Below are positions 53,480 through 62,726 of a stretch of DNA of 64,000 bases, in pieces. This stretch comes from an uncultured Aquimarina sp. (GTDB taxonomy: Bacteria > Bacteroidota > Bacteroidia > Flavobacteriales > Flavobacteriaceae), in contig CANMSL010000019.1 in the NCBI GenBank assembly GCA_947500505.1, positions 11,244 to 75,243 on the forward strand, read 5' to 3'. The position numbers and the translations under genes are program-made. The notes beneath the pieces were generated by a model. That model searched no databases, was not told the DNA's origin, and saw only the letters and a program-made list of their open reading frames with translations. Every line of letters starts with the position of its first letter. The stretch's first letter is position 1.

Positions 53480-54139
53480 ATGGAAACTAAGACTTTATCA
53501 CTGCATCACATCATTAAAGAACCAACTTTAAAAAAGGAAAAAACACCTGTTTTGTTTATGTTTCATGGCTATGGTAGTGATGAAAATGATTTGTTTTCAT
53601 TTGCCTCTGAGCTTCAGGAAGAATTATGTATTATATCCGTTAGAGCTCCGTATCCTATGCAACCATATGGTAATGCTTGGTATGCCATTTATTTTGATGC
53701 AGCACAAGGAAAATTTAGTGATGATGAACAGGCCATAGAATCTAGAGATAAAATAGCAGTTTTTATAGATGAGGCTGTTGCAGCTTATAATCTGGATGCT
53801 GATAATGTCACGTTGCTTGGTTTTAGTCAAGGTACCATTCTTAGTTATGCTGTTGCACTTTCTTATCCTGAAAAGGTTAAAAATGTAGTAGCACTGAGTG
53901 GATATCTAAATGAAGATATTATTATAGAAGGTTATAAACTTATGGACTTTTCCAAACTTAATATCTATTGCTCGCACGGAAACGTAGATCAGGTAATCCC
54001 CGTGGATTGGGCTAGAAAAGCACCCGTAAAACTAGCAGAACTCGGAATACGGACTAACTTAAACGAATTTCCGGTGGGTCACGGTGTAGCACCCCAAAAT
54101 TTTTATCAATTTAAAGACTGGCTAAATACGCACCTATAA
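53480..54139 (+). CDS. Phospholipase/carboxylesterase-type alpha/beta hydrolase
   Basis: HGYGSDE.DL, GFSQG, SHG..D.VIP, GHGV. Confidence 0.88.
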   Translation: METKTLSLHHIIKEPTLKKEKTPVLFMFHGYGSDENDLFSFASELQEELCIISVRAPYPMQPYGNAWYAIYFDAAQGKFSDDEQAIESRDKIAVFIDEAVAAYNLDADNVTLLGFSQGTILSYAVALSYPEKVKNVVALSGYLNEDIIIEGYKLMDFSKLNIYCSHGNVDQVIPVDWARKAPVKLAELGIRTNLNEFPVGHGVAPQNFYQFKDWLNTHL

Positions 54140-54212
54140 AATTATATTCTGAACCACACTAATTGTTAGTTTTTTTCGTTGCAATAGAATCACTCATCTT
54201 AAAACTCTAAAA

Positions 54213-56750
54213 ATGAAAACACTGAGTACCCCGATGGTTTTCTTGCTATTGTTATCCTTCCAATTAAGTATAGCGCAAATTACATATCAGTCTGCATTTC
54301 CAAATATAGATTTTGAGTTTCCTGTAGAAATACAATCTCCCGGAGATGGGACAGATCGGATGTTTATTGTCGAGCAGCGAGGAAGAATCAAAGTATTTCC
54401 AAGAATGAATAATGTTGTTGCCAATGATGTGGATATTTATTTGAATATCACGGATCGTGTTCGTTTTAGGGACGGCCAAGAAGTAGGTCTCTTGGGATTG
54501 GCTTTTCATCCCGAATATGAAACTAATGGTTATTTTTACACGTACTATACCACAGACAGCCCTGTACCAAATATTACAGTAAGAATGGTACTCTCCAGGT
54601 TTACAGTGAGCACGACCAATCCTAATTTTGTAGATCCTGATAGCGAACTGATACTTTTTCAATTTGATAAAAATCAAAATAGCAGTAATCATAATGGCGG
54701 TAAAATTGCTTTTGGTCCGGATGGATATTTGTATATCTCTATTGGTGATGGAGGAGGCGGAAATGATCCCGAGGGTAATGGACAAAATAAAAACACTGTT
54801 TTTGGAAGTATTCTGAGAATAGATGTAGATATGGATGGTAACAATCCGGTAGAAACAAATCCTGATTTGCCGAATGGAAATTATGAAATCCCGAGTGATA
54901 ATCCTTTAATCAATAAGGATGGGTTAGATGAAATTTATGCATATGGAATTAGAAATACGTGGAAGTTCTCATTTGATGATGTAACCGGTAGATTATGGGG
55001 AGCGGATGTTGGTCAGGGTGCTTTCGAAGAAATAAATCTCGTAGAAAATGGTAAAAACTATGGGTGGAGCAGATTTGAAGCCAACTCGATAGCTAACAGC
55101 GATGTAATCATCGATGAATCAACTGTTTTTCCAGTTTATTTCTATGACAGAAATCAAGGAGATCGATCCATTACCGGCGGTTATGTTTATCGAGGCTCAG
55201 AAATTAGCAGTTTGAGCCCGGATATTAATTCCAAATATGTTTATGGTGATTACGTAAGCGGTAGAGTCTGGGTATTAGATTACAATCCAACTACAGAGAT
55301 CGCCAGCAGCACATTACTATTTAAAACCTCCGGCGAGCTTGTTTCTTCATTTGGAGTGGATAAAAATGGTGAGTTATATTTTAGCGATTACGGAAGTAAT
55401 GCCCAAATATATAAGTTAGTGGATGGTGTTTCCGGACCTTCAGGAACTGCAGTAAATGGTATTGGTCAATGGAAGTCATTGGATGAGGGAATTCCTAATG
55501 GTATTGTACAATCTATAGCTACGGATACCAACGGAGATGTTTATCACGCCGGTACATTTAATCAAGTAGGAAATGTTACAGCAAATAATATTGCCGTTTG
55601 GAATGAATCAACAGGTTGGAGAACATTAGGCACAGGATCAAATGGAACCATTAATACGATTAAAATAGCACCTAACGGAAATGTATATGCGGGCGGTGCT
55701 TTTACAGAAATAGGAGGAGTTTCTGCGCAGAATATAGCCGTATGGAATGGAAGTAACTGGTCTGCTCTTGGATCTGGAGTCGATGGAACCGTTGCTTCAC
55801 TAGAGATCGATACAAACGGAAATGTTTATGTAGGCGGAGTTTTTGAAACTGTTAATGGTATTACCGTACGAAATATAGCTTTATGGAACGGTTCAACTTG
55901 GTCAGCTTTAACAGATGTAACAAATGCTGTATCCGGAACTAACAATGAAGTACGATCTATGGCATTAGACAGCGACGGAACGCTTTATGTGGGTGGAAAT
56001 TTTGATGAAGCCGGAAATGTTACTGCCAATAGAATTGCTACCTGGAATGGAACCAATTGGGAAACTTTAGGAACAGGAACCAGTGGCTTTGTAGAAGCAA
56101 TTGCCATCACACCGACTGATGTGTTTATTGGAGGTAACTTTACCATTGCAGGTGGACAGACAGTTAACCGTATAGCGAGGTGGAATAAAAACAACTCTAG
56201 CTGGTCTGCGTTAGGTAACGGTGTAAATAATATTGTGAATTCACTAATTCACGATGGAAATAATGTGTATGTCGGCGGTGCATTTGATACCGCCAACATT
56301 GATAATAGTGAAAGTATTATTGTAAATAATATCGCCAGATGGAATGAAACCAGTGGTTGGGAAGCATTAGGTACAAACACCAATGTAGGGGTGGATATCA
56401 AATTAAATACTCTAAATTTTGCTTCTGATGGTGATGGAATAGATAAAATTTTTGCGGGTGGCAATTTTTCAACTGCAGGAGCCATAAATTCAAATAATAC
56501 GGCTCAATGGCTATCAGAAAATGTTTTAAATATTCCGGATACTACTGACCAGCAAACCTTATATCTGTACCCTAATCCAACGACAGGTATGGTTCAATTA
56601 CCAAATGATAATGATTGGATACTAACAGACAATTCAGGTAAAATTATTGAAAAAGGTAGAAGTTCCGTTCTAGATATTTCAAAATATGCAGTAGGGATGT
56701 ATTTTCTAAAAATAAAAAACAAGACTACTTTGAAAATAATAAAAAGATAA
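54213..56750 (+). CDS. Glucose/sorbosone (PQQ-type) dehydrogenase domain plus 7-repeat propeller plus T9SS C-terminal domain
   Basis: GLLGLAFHP, HNGGKIAFGPDGYLY, G.ILRID, AYGIRN.WKFSFD, DVGQ...EEIN; seven W..LG.G repeats; LYPNP...Y.LKI......KIIKR. Confidence 0.85.
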   Translation: MKTLSTPMVFLLLLSFQLSIAQITYQSAFPNIDFEFPVEIQSPGDGTDRMFIVEQRGRIKVFPRMNNVVANDVDIYLNITDRVRFRDGQEVGLLGLAFHPEYETNGYFYTYYTTDSPVPNITVRMVLSRFTVSTTNPNFVDPDSELILFQFDKNQNSSNHNGGKIAFGPDGYLYISIGDGGGGNDPEGNGQNKNTVFGSILRIDVDMDGNNPVETNPDLPNGNYEIPSDNPLINKDGLDEIYAYGIRNTWKFSFDDVTGRLWGADVGQGAFEEINLVENGKNYGWSRFEANSIANSDVIIDESTVFPVYFYDRNQGDRSITGGYVYRGSEISSLSPDINSKYVYGDYVSGRVWVLDYNPTTEIASSTLLFKTSGELVSSFGVDKNGELYFSDYGSNAQIYKLVDGVSGPSGTAVNGIGQWKSLDEGIPNGIVQSIATDTNGDVYHAGTFNQVGNVTANNIAVWNESTGWRTLGTGSNGTINTIKIAPNGNVYAGGAFTEIGGVSAQNIAVWNGSNWSALGSGVDGTVASLEIDTNGNVYVGGVFETVNGITVRNIALWNGSTWSALTDVTNAVSGTNNEVRSMALDSDGTLYVGGNFDEAGNVTANRIATWNGTNWETLGTGTSGFVEAIAITPTDVFIGGNFTIAGGQTVNRIARWNKNNSSWSALGNGVNNIVNSLIHDGNNVYVGGAFDTANIDNSESIIVNNIARWNETSGWEALGTNTNVGVDIKLNTLNFASDGDGIDKIFAGGNFSTAGAINSNNTAQWLSENVLNIPDTTDQQTLYLYPNPTTGMVQLPNDNDWILTDNSGKIIEKGRSSVLDISKYAVGMYFLKIKNKTTLKIIKR

Positions 56751-57114
56751 TTGATTCGTGTTTAGTGGTACTCATCGTTTAACCTAACACCGTCAAGAAT
56801 CATCGGAGTTATCTTTTTTATTCGGGAAATTCTGGTGGCCTTTCGTTTTGCATTGATTATATAATTTGCGTTTCTTTTGCTTGAAAAGAGTACTTATTAA
56901 TGCTGGTTTTTACAGCCCATTTATACCAAGAACGGCTGTGTAGTTCCTTAGACATTTTTATATCCTTTTATTTTTATATTTCACCTCTCCTATGGTGCAG
57001 AATCTTCATTGCCTCTAACTTTTAATTTTATCAATTTTTCATTAATTCTCTAAAATAAACACGATAAAAAAATTTGGCATCAAATTTGATAGATTTTTTT
57101 TTCAAAATCAACTT

Positions 57115-57657
57115 ATGAGGGCTTTATTGTATATTACTCTTTTCTTACTACTATTTTCATCTTGTATTCCCACGAAAATTGCTCCTGATATTAAAGGTGA
57201 AAAGGTGATGGTAGCCAAAAAATTTAAAAAACAGTTGCCAAAAATAAATGGTTTCATTTTCGAAGACCCAAAAAACGCTAATGAATTTTATAAGTATATC
57301 AACACCAGATTTCAAAAAAATAATGTAGATGTTCGATGGAATGTTCCCTTTACAATTGACAATGAAAAATATTATCTTTCATTTTACGAAGTAGAAAGAA
57401 CATCAAACACGATCAATCTAGCGCCAATGATTATAGATGCGGCGCTTGAAAACAACGACATAGTGCCCATCTTAGAAGATTCTTATACCAGTCGTAGTGG
57501 AAAATGGTATCTAGTTCTAACCGTTGATGACGAAAATTTTTATGATTGTCTTAAAGAAAATTACCCTAAGAGAGAGACTGTAGTAGCATACTTAAAGCAA
57601 TTGAAAAAACATTATTTATCTACAAATAACTATGATTCCTTGCTATTTGGGAAATAG
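57115..57657 (+). CDS. Hypothetical lipoprotein
   Basis: Lipobox FSSC; 180 aa. Confidence 0.72.
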   Translation: MRALLYITLFLLLFSSCIPTKIAPDIKGEKVMVAKKFKKQLPKINGFIFEDPKNANEFYKYINTRFQKNNVDVRWNVPFTIDNEKYYLSFYEVERTSNTINLAPMIIDAALENNDIVPILEDSYTSRSGKWYLVLTVDDENFYDCLKENYPKRETVVAYLKQLKKHYLSTNNYDSLLFGK

Positions 57658-57694
57658 AAAAGAGAATTTGAATGTTTGACTAACCTATACCCCA

Positions 57695-58624
57695 CTATTT
57701 AATTGGGATATAAAAATCAACAATGCATTTGTTTTCAGGATGTGTTCGGAAATCATTGTGATACATTTCAAAAGGTTTTTCTTCTGCTTTAATAAAACCG
57801 TTTTCACTCATCCATAAAAAAAGACTACTCCAGGCTTTTTCGAAGTCATTTGGAGTTATTTCAAAATGACCAATAATACATCGCCCTTTTTTGATAGTAA
57901 GAGGAGTTATTTCACCTTCAGCAACAAAAGTTTTCTCCATCAATACACCAACATTCATTCTTACTTTATCAGGAGAAGTTATTTTAAAACTATCATGAAA
58001 TATCCTTGCCAATTTGGTTTCAGGTTTTTCTAAAACACCCATTAATCTGGCCCATTTTATTAGCTTTTCAAAAGTATGTTCTATTCCTTCTACTCCAATA
58101 TGAGTAATACTTGCAAAGTGTAACTCAGGCGTTTCTTTAATTTCAATTTTTGCATTCATTTTAATCCAGTTTAAATGATTAGTAATGTTGCAAATGTAAT
58201 TTTCAAAAATTAGGTGTTCTTGTCCGATCTTGCTTTCGTTTTTACCGATCTTGCTAAATTTACTTGGAAGTTGTTTTCGAAATTCTGTGGGGCTTACTCC
58301 GTAAAACTTTTTGAATGCTCTGGTAAACGAAGAATTACTATTGAAGCCATATTGAAGTGATAATTCCGAAATGTTTACCTCTTTTTTATGCATTAAAACT
58401 GAAGCCATTTTTTCAATCCGCCTCCTATTGACATAAGCATTAAGAGGTTCACCAATTACAGCTTTAAAGATTCTATGAAAATGAAAAGGAGAATATAACG
58501 CTACTTTCGAAACAGATGCTAATGACACATCACCATCTAGATGCTCATCGATAAATTTTAGTACTAAATTTATTTTTTTGATGTAGTCTTTATTGGTGTC
58601 TCTTTCTTTTATCAATTTTTGCAA
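57695..58624 (-). CDS. AraC-family regulator with C-terminal GyrI-like effector domain
   Basis: YSPFHFHRIFK, GF.S.SSF.RAFKK.YG.SP, C-terminal FE.Y.ND......DFYIP. Confidence 0.9.
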   Translation of the reverse strand: MQKLIKERDTNKDYIKKINLVLKFIDEHLDGDVSLASVSKVALYSPFHFHRIFKAVIGEPLNAYVNRRRIEKMASVLMHKKEVNISELSLQYGFNSNSSFTRAFKKFYGVSPTEFRKQLPSKFSKIGKNESKIGQEHLIFENYICNITNHLNWIKMNAKIEIKETPELHFASITHIGVEGIEHTFEKLIKWARLMGVLEKPETKLARIFHDSFKITSPDKVRMNVGVLMEKTFVAEGEITPLTIKKGRCIIGHFEITPNDFEKAWSSLFLWMSENGFIKAEEKPFEMYHNDFRTHPENKCIVDFYIPIK

Positions 58625-58645
58625 TATAAATTAGCTGGAAGTTTT

Positions 58646-61048
58646 TTAAAACCGGATCTCTACATTCTCAATCACTGCCGAATTCCACTCAAATTCAATT
58701 AATAAACTTTTGTCCGTTTCATTCCAATTAAACAAAATTTTATCACTTCCAATGGTTACAGATTTAGGAACAACATTCATATTATGAATAATTAATGAGA
58801 TTTTACGAGAAGTTTTACCATAATCATTTCCGGTTTCGGCTTTTAAATTTATGGAAAGCGTAGTATCAAGATACGTACTTTCAAAGTTTAGTATTTCGTA
58901 TTTTCCTTTTTCATATGCCTTAGGTGTTCTGCCATCATCATCATATAATTTCCCTTGACCAGTTTCAATATTTGCATCGTGATAATAATGTAAAGTAATC
59001 TCTTTTGTACTATATACTTCAGTATTTTGTATTGTGGTTACCATCGGAATAAATGCTCCTCCTTTTACATATACAGGAACGTGATCTTCTGATGTTTCTA
59101 CAGTAATATACCTTCCTCCTTCATATTTTTGATCGGTATAAAAATCAAACCAATTAGAACCTTTAGGAAAATAAACATCCTTTGATACCACACCGGCTTT
59201 CACGATTGGTGAAACCAGAAAACTATCACCCCATAAATACGTATTGGATACCGTTTGTAATTCTTTGGTATCAACATCTTCAAAAAATAAAGGTCTCATT
59301 AATGGTACCCCTGTCTGATTATTTTCAAAGGCCAATGTATAATTATAAGGAAGCATTTGATATCTCAGCTCTATACTTTGTTTCGCAAGTTCTTTAGTTT
59401 TTTTGTCATGAAAAACAGGCTCTGGAGCGATGTGTTCTTGAGCATGTGGTCTGTATATCGGTTGAAAAACTCCATATTGCAACCAGCGAGTATATAACTC
59501 TGCATCAAATTTTTCTCCACCAGCAAAACCACCAAGATCCGAATGCATATATCCCAATCCCTGAATAGCCATGGACAATGCAATTTCCGTTTGTGGTTGT
59601 AATCCTCCCCAACTTCTGTTTACATCTCCTGACCACGGAATCATCCCGAATCGCTGTGATCCTGAATATCCAGCTCTCATTAAGATAAACGGTCGCTGAT
59701 CAGGAAAATCTTTTTGATATCCTTCCTGAATCAGTCTTGCCCAATCGTGACCATATATATTATGCACTTCGTCTGCTGACCCAGTTGCGTGCAATAATGC
59801 TGAAGGATGTACTTCTGGTTCTCCAAGATCTCCCCACCATCCTGCTACTCCATAATCCTGAATATATGTTCTATAGATATTCCAAAACCAGTCTTTTCCT
59901 TTTTGATCATAAATATCTATAATTCCAGTATTGCCAAAATAAAAATCATAAGTGTAAGGATTACCCGAAGCATCTTTTCCTAATACTTTCTGGGTCACAG
60001 CCTCATCCCATTTCTTTGATGTAGATAAAACGAAGGGCTCTGTAATTAAAATCGTTTTAATTCCTTGATCTTTAAAATCATTAATCATTTGTTTTGGGTT
60101 GGGAAATGAATCTTTAAGAAACTCTAAGTTCCCCATATGACCTTTAATATCCTTACCAAACCAGTAGATATCTAAGATAACTGCATCTAGTGGAATAGAA
60201 TCGTTCTTAAACTTAGCTATGGTCTCTTTGGTTTCTTTTTCTGAATGATACCCAAAACGACTTGCAAAATTACCAAACGCCCATCTGGGCGGTAACGGTT
60301 GTTTTCCGGTTAAATCTGTATATTGATCCATCAGGTCTGGCCAATTGTCACCAGCTACAACCTGATACGTCTTTCGACCATTAATAGTTTCATAACTCAG
60401 TGTATTGTCTTTTTTGCTATCAATATCAAGAAAACCAATTGGCGCGTTATCAAAATGAACTGCATATATTTTAGAAGATAACACTAATGGCATCGTATAA
60501 TTCATTAACTCTGACCGGGTCTCGTATCCATAATGAGCCTTATTATATAGTTGTAATCGATTACCTCTCCTATTCATTCCAACTACCCTAGCACCAGCTC
60601 CATAAATGACTTCTTCTTTATCTAAATTGAAATTTAGAATCTCCGTAGAATCTGTTCTGATATAACCTTTTTTTTCAGAAATTAGGTCTTTCCCTTGATA
60701 CGTATATGATATTTGAAAAGGCTGTTTGGTTATAATGACTTTTATTCCATCAGAACCATAAACCAGAGTACTGTCAGTTTCATTTAGTTGAGATACAATT
60801 CCTTTTTCCATAACCACTGCATGCGATTTAGGGTCAAAGGTTTCCCCTATTGGAACAAAAGAAGTTTCTATAATTTTATCAGAGTAAAGTTTGATAATAT
60901 ATACTCCATTATCTCTGGGGATCTCAATGAACCGGTCATTCTTATAGCTATCAATATTCGCTACAAAATCACTGGAAGCATTTTTACAAGAAAACGCTAC
61001 AAACGATACGATTCCGAAAAGTAAAAAAGAAATAAATCTTGACTTCAT
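58646..61048 (-). CDS. GH31 alpha-glucosidase/alpha-transglucosylase lipoprotein (start refined to MKSRFISF)
   Basis: Lipobox AFSC; WWGDLGEP nucleophile, WSGD acid/base, HSDLGGF, RWLQYGVF. Confidence 0.9.
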   Translation of the reverse strand: MKSRFISFLLFGIVSFVAFSCKNASSDFVANIDSYKNDRFIEIPRDNGVYIIKLYSDKIIETSFVPIGETFDPKSHAVVMEKGIVSQLNETDSTLVYGSDGIKVIITKQPFQISYTYQGKDLISEKKGYIRTDSTEILNFNLDKEEVIYGAGARVVGMNRRGNRLQLYNKAHYGYETRSELMNYTMPLVLSSKIYAVHFDNAPIGFLDIDSKKDNTLSYETINGRKTYQVVAGDNWPDLMDQYTDLTGKQPLPPRWAFGNFASRFGYHSEKETKETIAKFKNDSIPLDAVILDIYWFGKDIKGHMGNLEFLKDSFPNPKQMINDFKDQGIKTILITEPFVLSTSKKWDEAVTQKVLGKDASGNPYTYDFYFGNTGIIDIYDQKGKDWFWNIYRTYIQDYGVAGWWGDLGEPEVHPSALLHATGSADEVHNIYGHDWARLIQEGYQKDFPDQRPFILMRAGYSGSQRFGMIPWSGDVNRSWGGLQPQTEIALSMAIQGLGYMHSDLGGFAGGEKFDAELYTRWLQYGVFQPIYRPHAQEHIAPEPVFHDKKTKELAKQSIELRYQMLPYNYTLAFENNQTGVPLMRPLFFEDVDTKELQTVSNTYLWGDSFLVSPIVKAGVVSKDVYFPKGSNWFDFYTDQKYEGGRYITVETSEDHVPVYVKGGAFIPMVTTIQNTEVYSTKEITLHYYHDANIETGQGKLYDDDGRTPKAYEKGKYEILNFESTYLDTTLSINLKAETGNDYGKTSRKISLIIHNMNVVPKSVTIGSDKILFNWNETDKSLLIEFEWNSAVIENVEIRF

Positions 61049-61271
61049 TTTTAATGGATTTTTACTATTGTGAATATGATTCAAATATACTAGAAACCCT
61101 TTAACATAAGGGAATAACTATAAACAGGATTGTCGAATTATTAAATTTTCACTTAAATTCAAGAATTGTAAGAAATATCACAATAGTTTACTACAACGAT
61201 TTCGTCGAACTTGTAGATAATAAAAAAACTGCATATCACCGCAAGTCTTTTAATCTAGTTAGAATCAGGTA

Positions 61272-61790
61272 CTAACTTCTGGGGTATAAAAATGACTTCT
61301 CAACTTCAAAGTCTACGACTCCATCTTTTCGCACATCGTAAACTATAAATAGCTGACCCCAATACGTTCCATCCGTAAAATCTGCTATAATCCATTTATG
61401 GTTTAGTAACCGAACTTTATTAATCGCCATATTTCCTTCCATACCTACAAAAGGGACAATCGGATTGTCTTTACCAGCCTTATTCTGACTAACTATTTGA
61501 TCACTAATTGTTAGTGCTAGTTGTTTGGCATTATATCCTTGCTCTTCGAAATAACTAATAGCTTCCTCGTCACTTTCTAAGGAAAAATAGGTAAGTTCCA
61601 GAATTCTGTCTATTAACGAATCTTTCTCTGAATTTTGAGCCTTTATTGCTTCATCTTTTTCCTCTATCCTGGACATCAAATTCTCGATCTTTCCATCATA
61701 AGATTCTTTAGCCTTTTTGGCATTCATAAATTGATATAATATAAAGAGTAATGAAAAAATAAACAGGTATAAGAATATTTTACTTCGCAT
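61272..61790 (-). CDS. Conserved hypothetical protein (N-terminal TM, coiled coil)
   Basis: 172 aa; IN...LLNHKWIIADF.DG..WG; 1-nt gap from upstream MBL gene. Confidence 0.75.
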   Translation of the reverse strand: MRSKIFLYLFIFSLLFILYQFMNAKKAKESYDGKIENLMSRIEEKDEAIKAQNSEKDSLIDRILELTYFSLESDEEAISYFEEQGYNAKQLALTISDQIVSQNKAGKDNPIVPFVGMEGNMAINKVRLLNHKWIIADFTDGTYWGQLFIVYDVRKDGVVDFEVEKSFLYPRS

Positions 61791-61791
61791 A

Positions 61792-62553
61792 TCAAATTGT
61801 AATTTTTAAATTATCGTAGGCGATAAAAACATTTTTTGGTAATTGTTGTTGTACCTCTTCATGAAATCCTAACATATGGCTAATGTGTGTTAAATAAGCT
61901 TTCTCGGGCTTTATTTCTTCAATAAATTCCAAAGCTTCCTCCAGGTTAAAATGCGAGTGATGTGGTTCTATCCTTAATGCACTAACTACCAGCACCTTAA
62001 CGTCTTTGAGTTTTACCCGTTCTTCTTTCTCTATCGTTTTAACATCCGTGAGATACGCAAAATCCTTAAATCTAAATCCAAAAACCTGTAATCGGTTGTG
62101 CATCAGATTAATTGGAATCACATCCAGGTTACCCAGTGCAAATGGTTGGTTAGTTAGTTCATTTTCTATAACACTGGGAGCGCCCGGATATTTATTTTCT
62201 GATAAAAAAATATAACTAAATCTTGATCTTAATGATTCTAGAACCCTATTATGTGCATATACCGGAATATCACCTTGCCTAAAGAAAAAAGGTCTGATAT
62301 CATCCATCCCCATCGTATGGTCAGCATGTTCATGGGTAAAAATGATTCCGTCGATCCAGGTCACATTATTTGCCAGCATTTGTTGCCTGAAATCTGGCCC
62401 ACAATCAATTACATACTGGTATTCATCCCAGGATATAAGAACAGAAACACGTAATCTCTTATCTTTTGGATTTTTACTTAAACATACAGGATGAGTGCTT
62501 CCTATTATCGGAATTCCCTGTGATGTTCCAGTACCAAGAAAAGTAACTTCCAT
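61792..62553 (-). CDS. MBL-fold metallo-hydrolase (PhnP-like)
   Basis: LGTGTSQG.P, THEHADH, YLTD, YLTHISH, AYD. Confidence 0.92.
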   Translation of the reverse strand: MEVTFLGTGTSQGIPIIGSTHPVCLSKNPKDKRLRVSVLISWDEYQYVIDCGPDFRQQMLANNVTWIDGIIFTHEHADHTMGMDDIRPFFFRQGDIPVYAHNRVLESLRSRFSYIFLSENKYPGAPSVIENELTNQPFALGNLDVIPINLMHNRLQVFGFRFKDFAYLTDVKTIEKEERVKLKDVKVLVVSALRIEPHHSHFNLEEALEFIEEIKPEKAYLTHISHMLGFHEEVQQQLPKNVFIAYDNLKITI

Positions 62554-62572
62554 ATGCTGTATTGAGCGAAAG

Positions 62573-62580
62573 CAAATGTA
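62573..62580 (-). promoter_or_regulatory. Bacteroidetes -7 promoter element
   Basis: TACATTTG 19 nt before MBL ATG. Confidence 0.55.
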
Positions 62581-62726
62581 CTTATAATTTTTTTGGTCAA
62601 AAAGTAATTCAATTAGATGCTTTATTATTTATACCAATTATAAAATGTAAAAATTAGCTCCTACTTTTTTTTAATAATACTTAATGTATTAGTAACTTTA
62701 CATAAACAAAAAAAGCCCTTTTCGCT

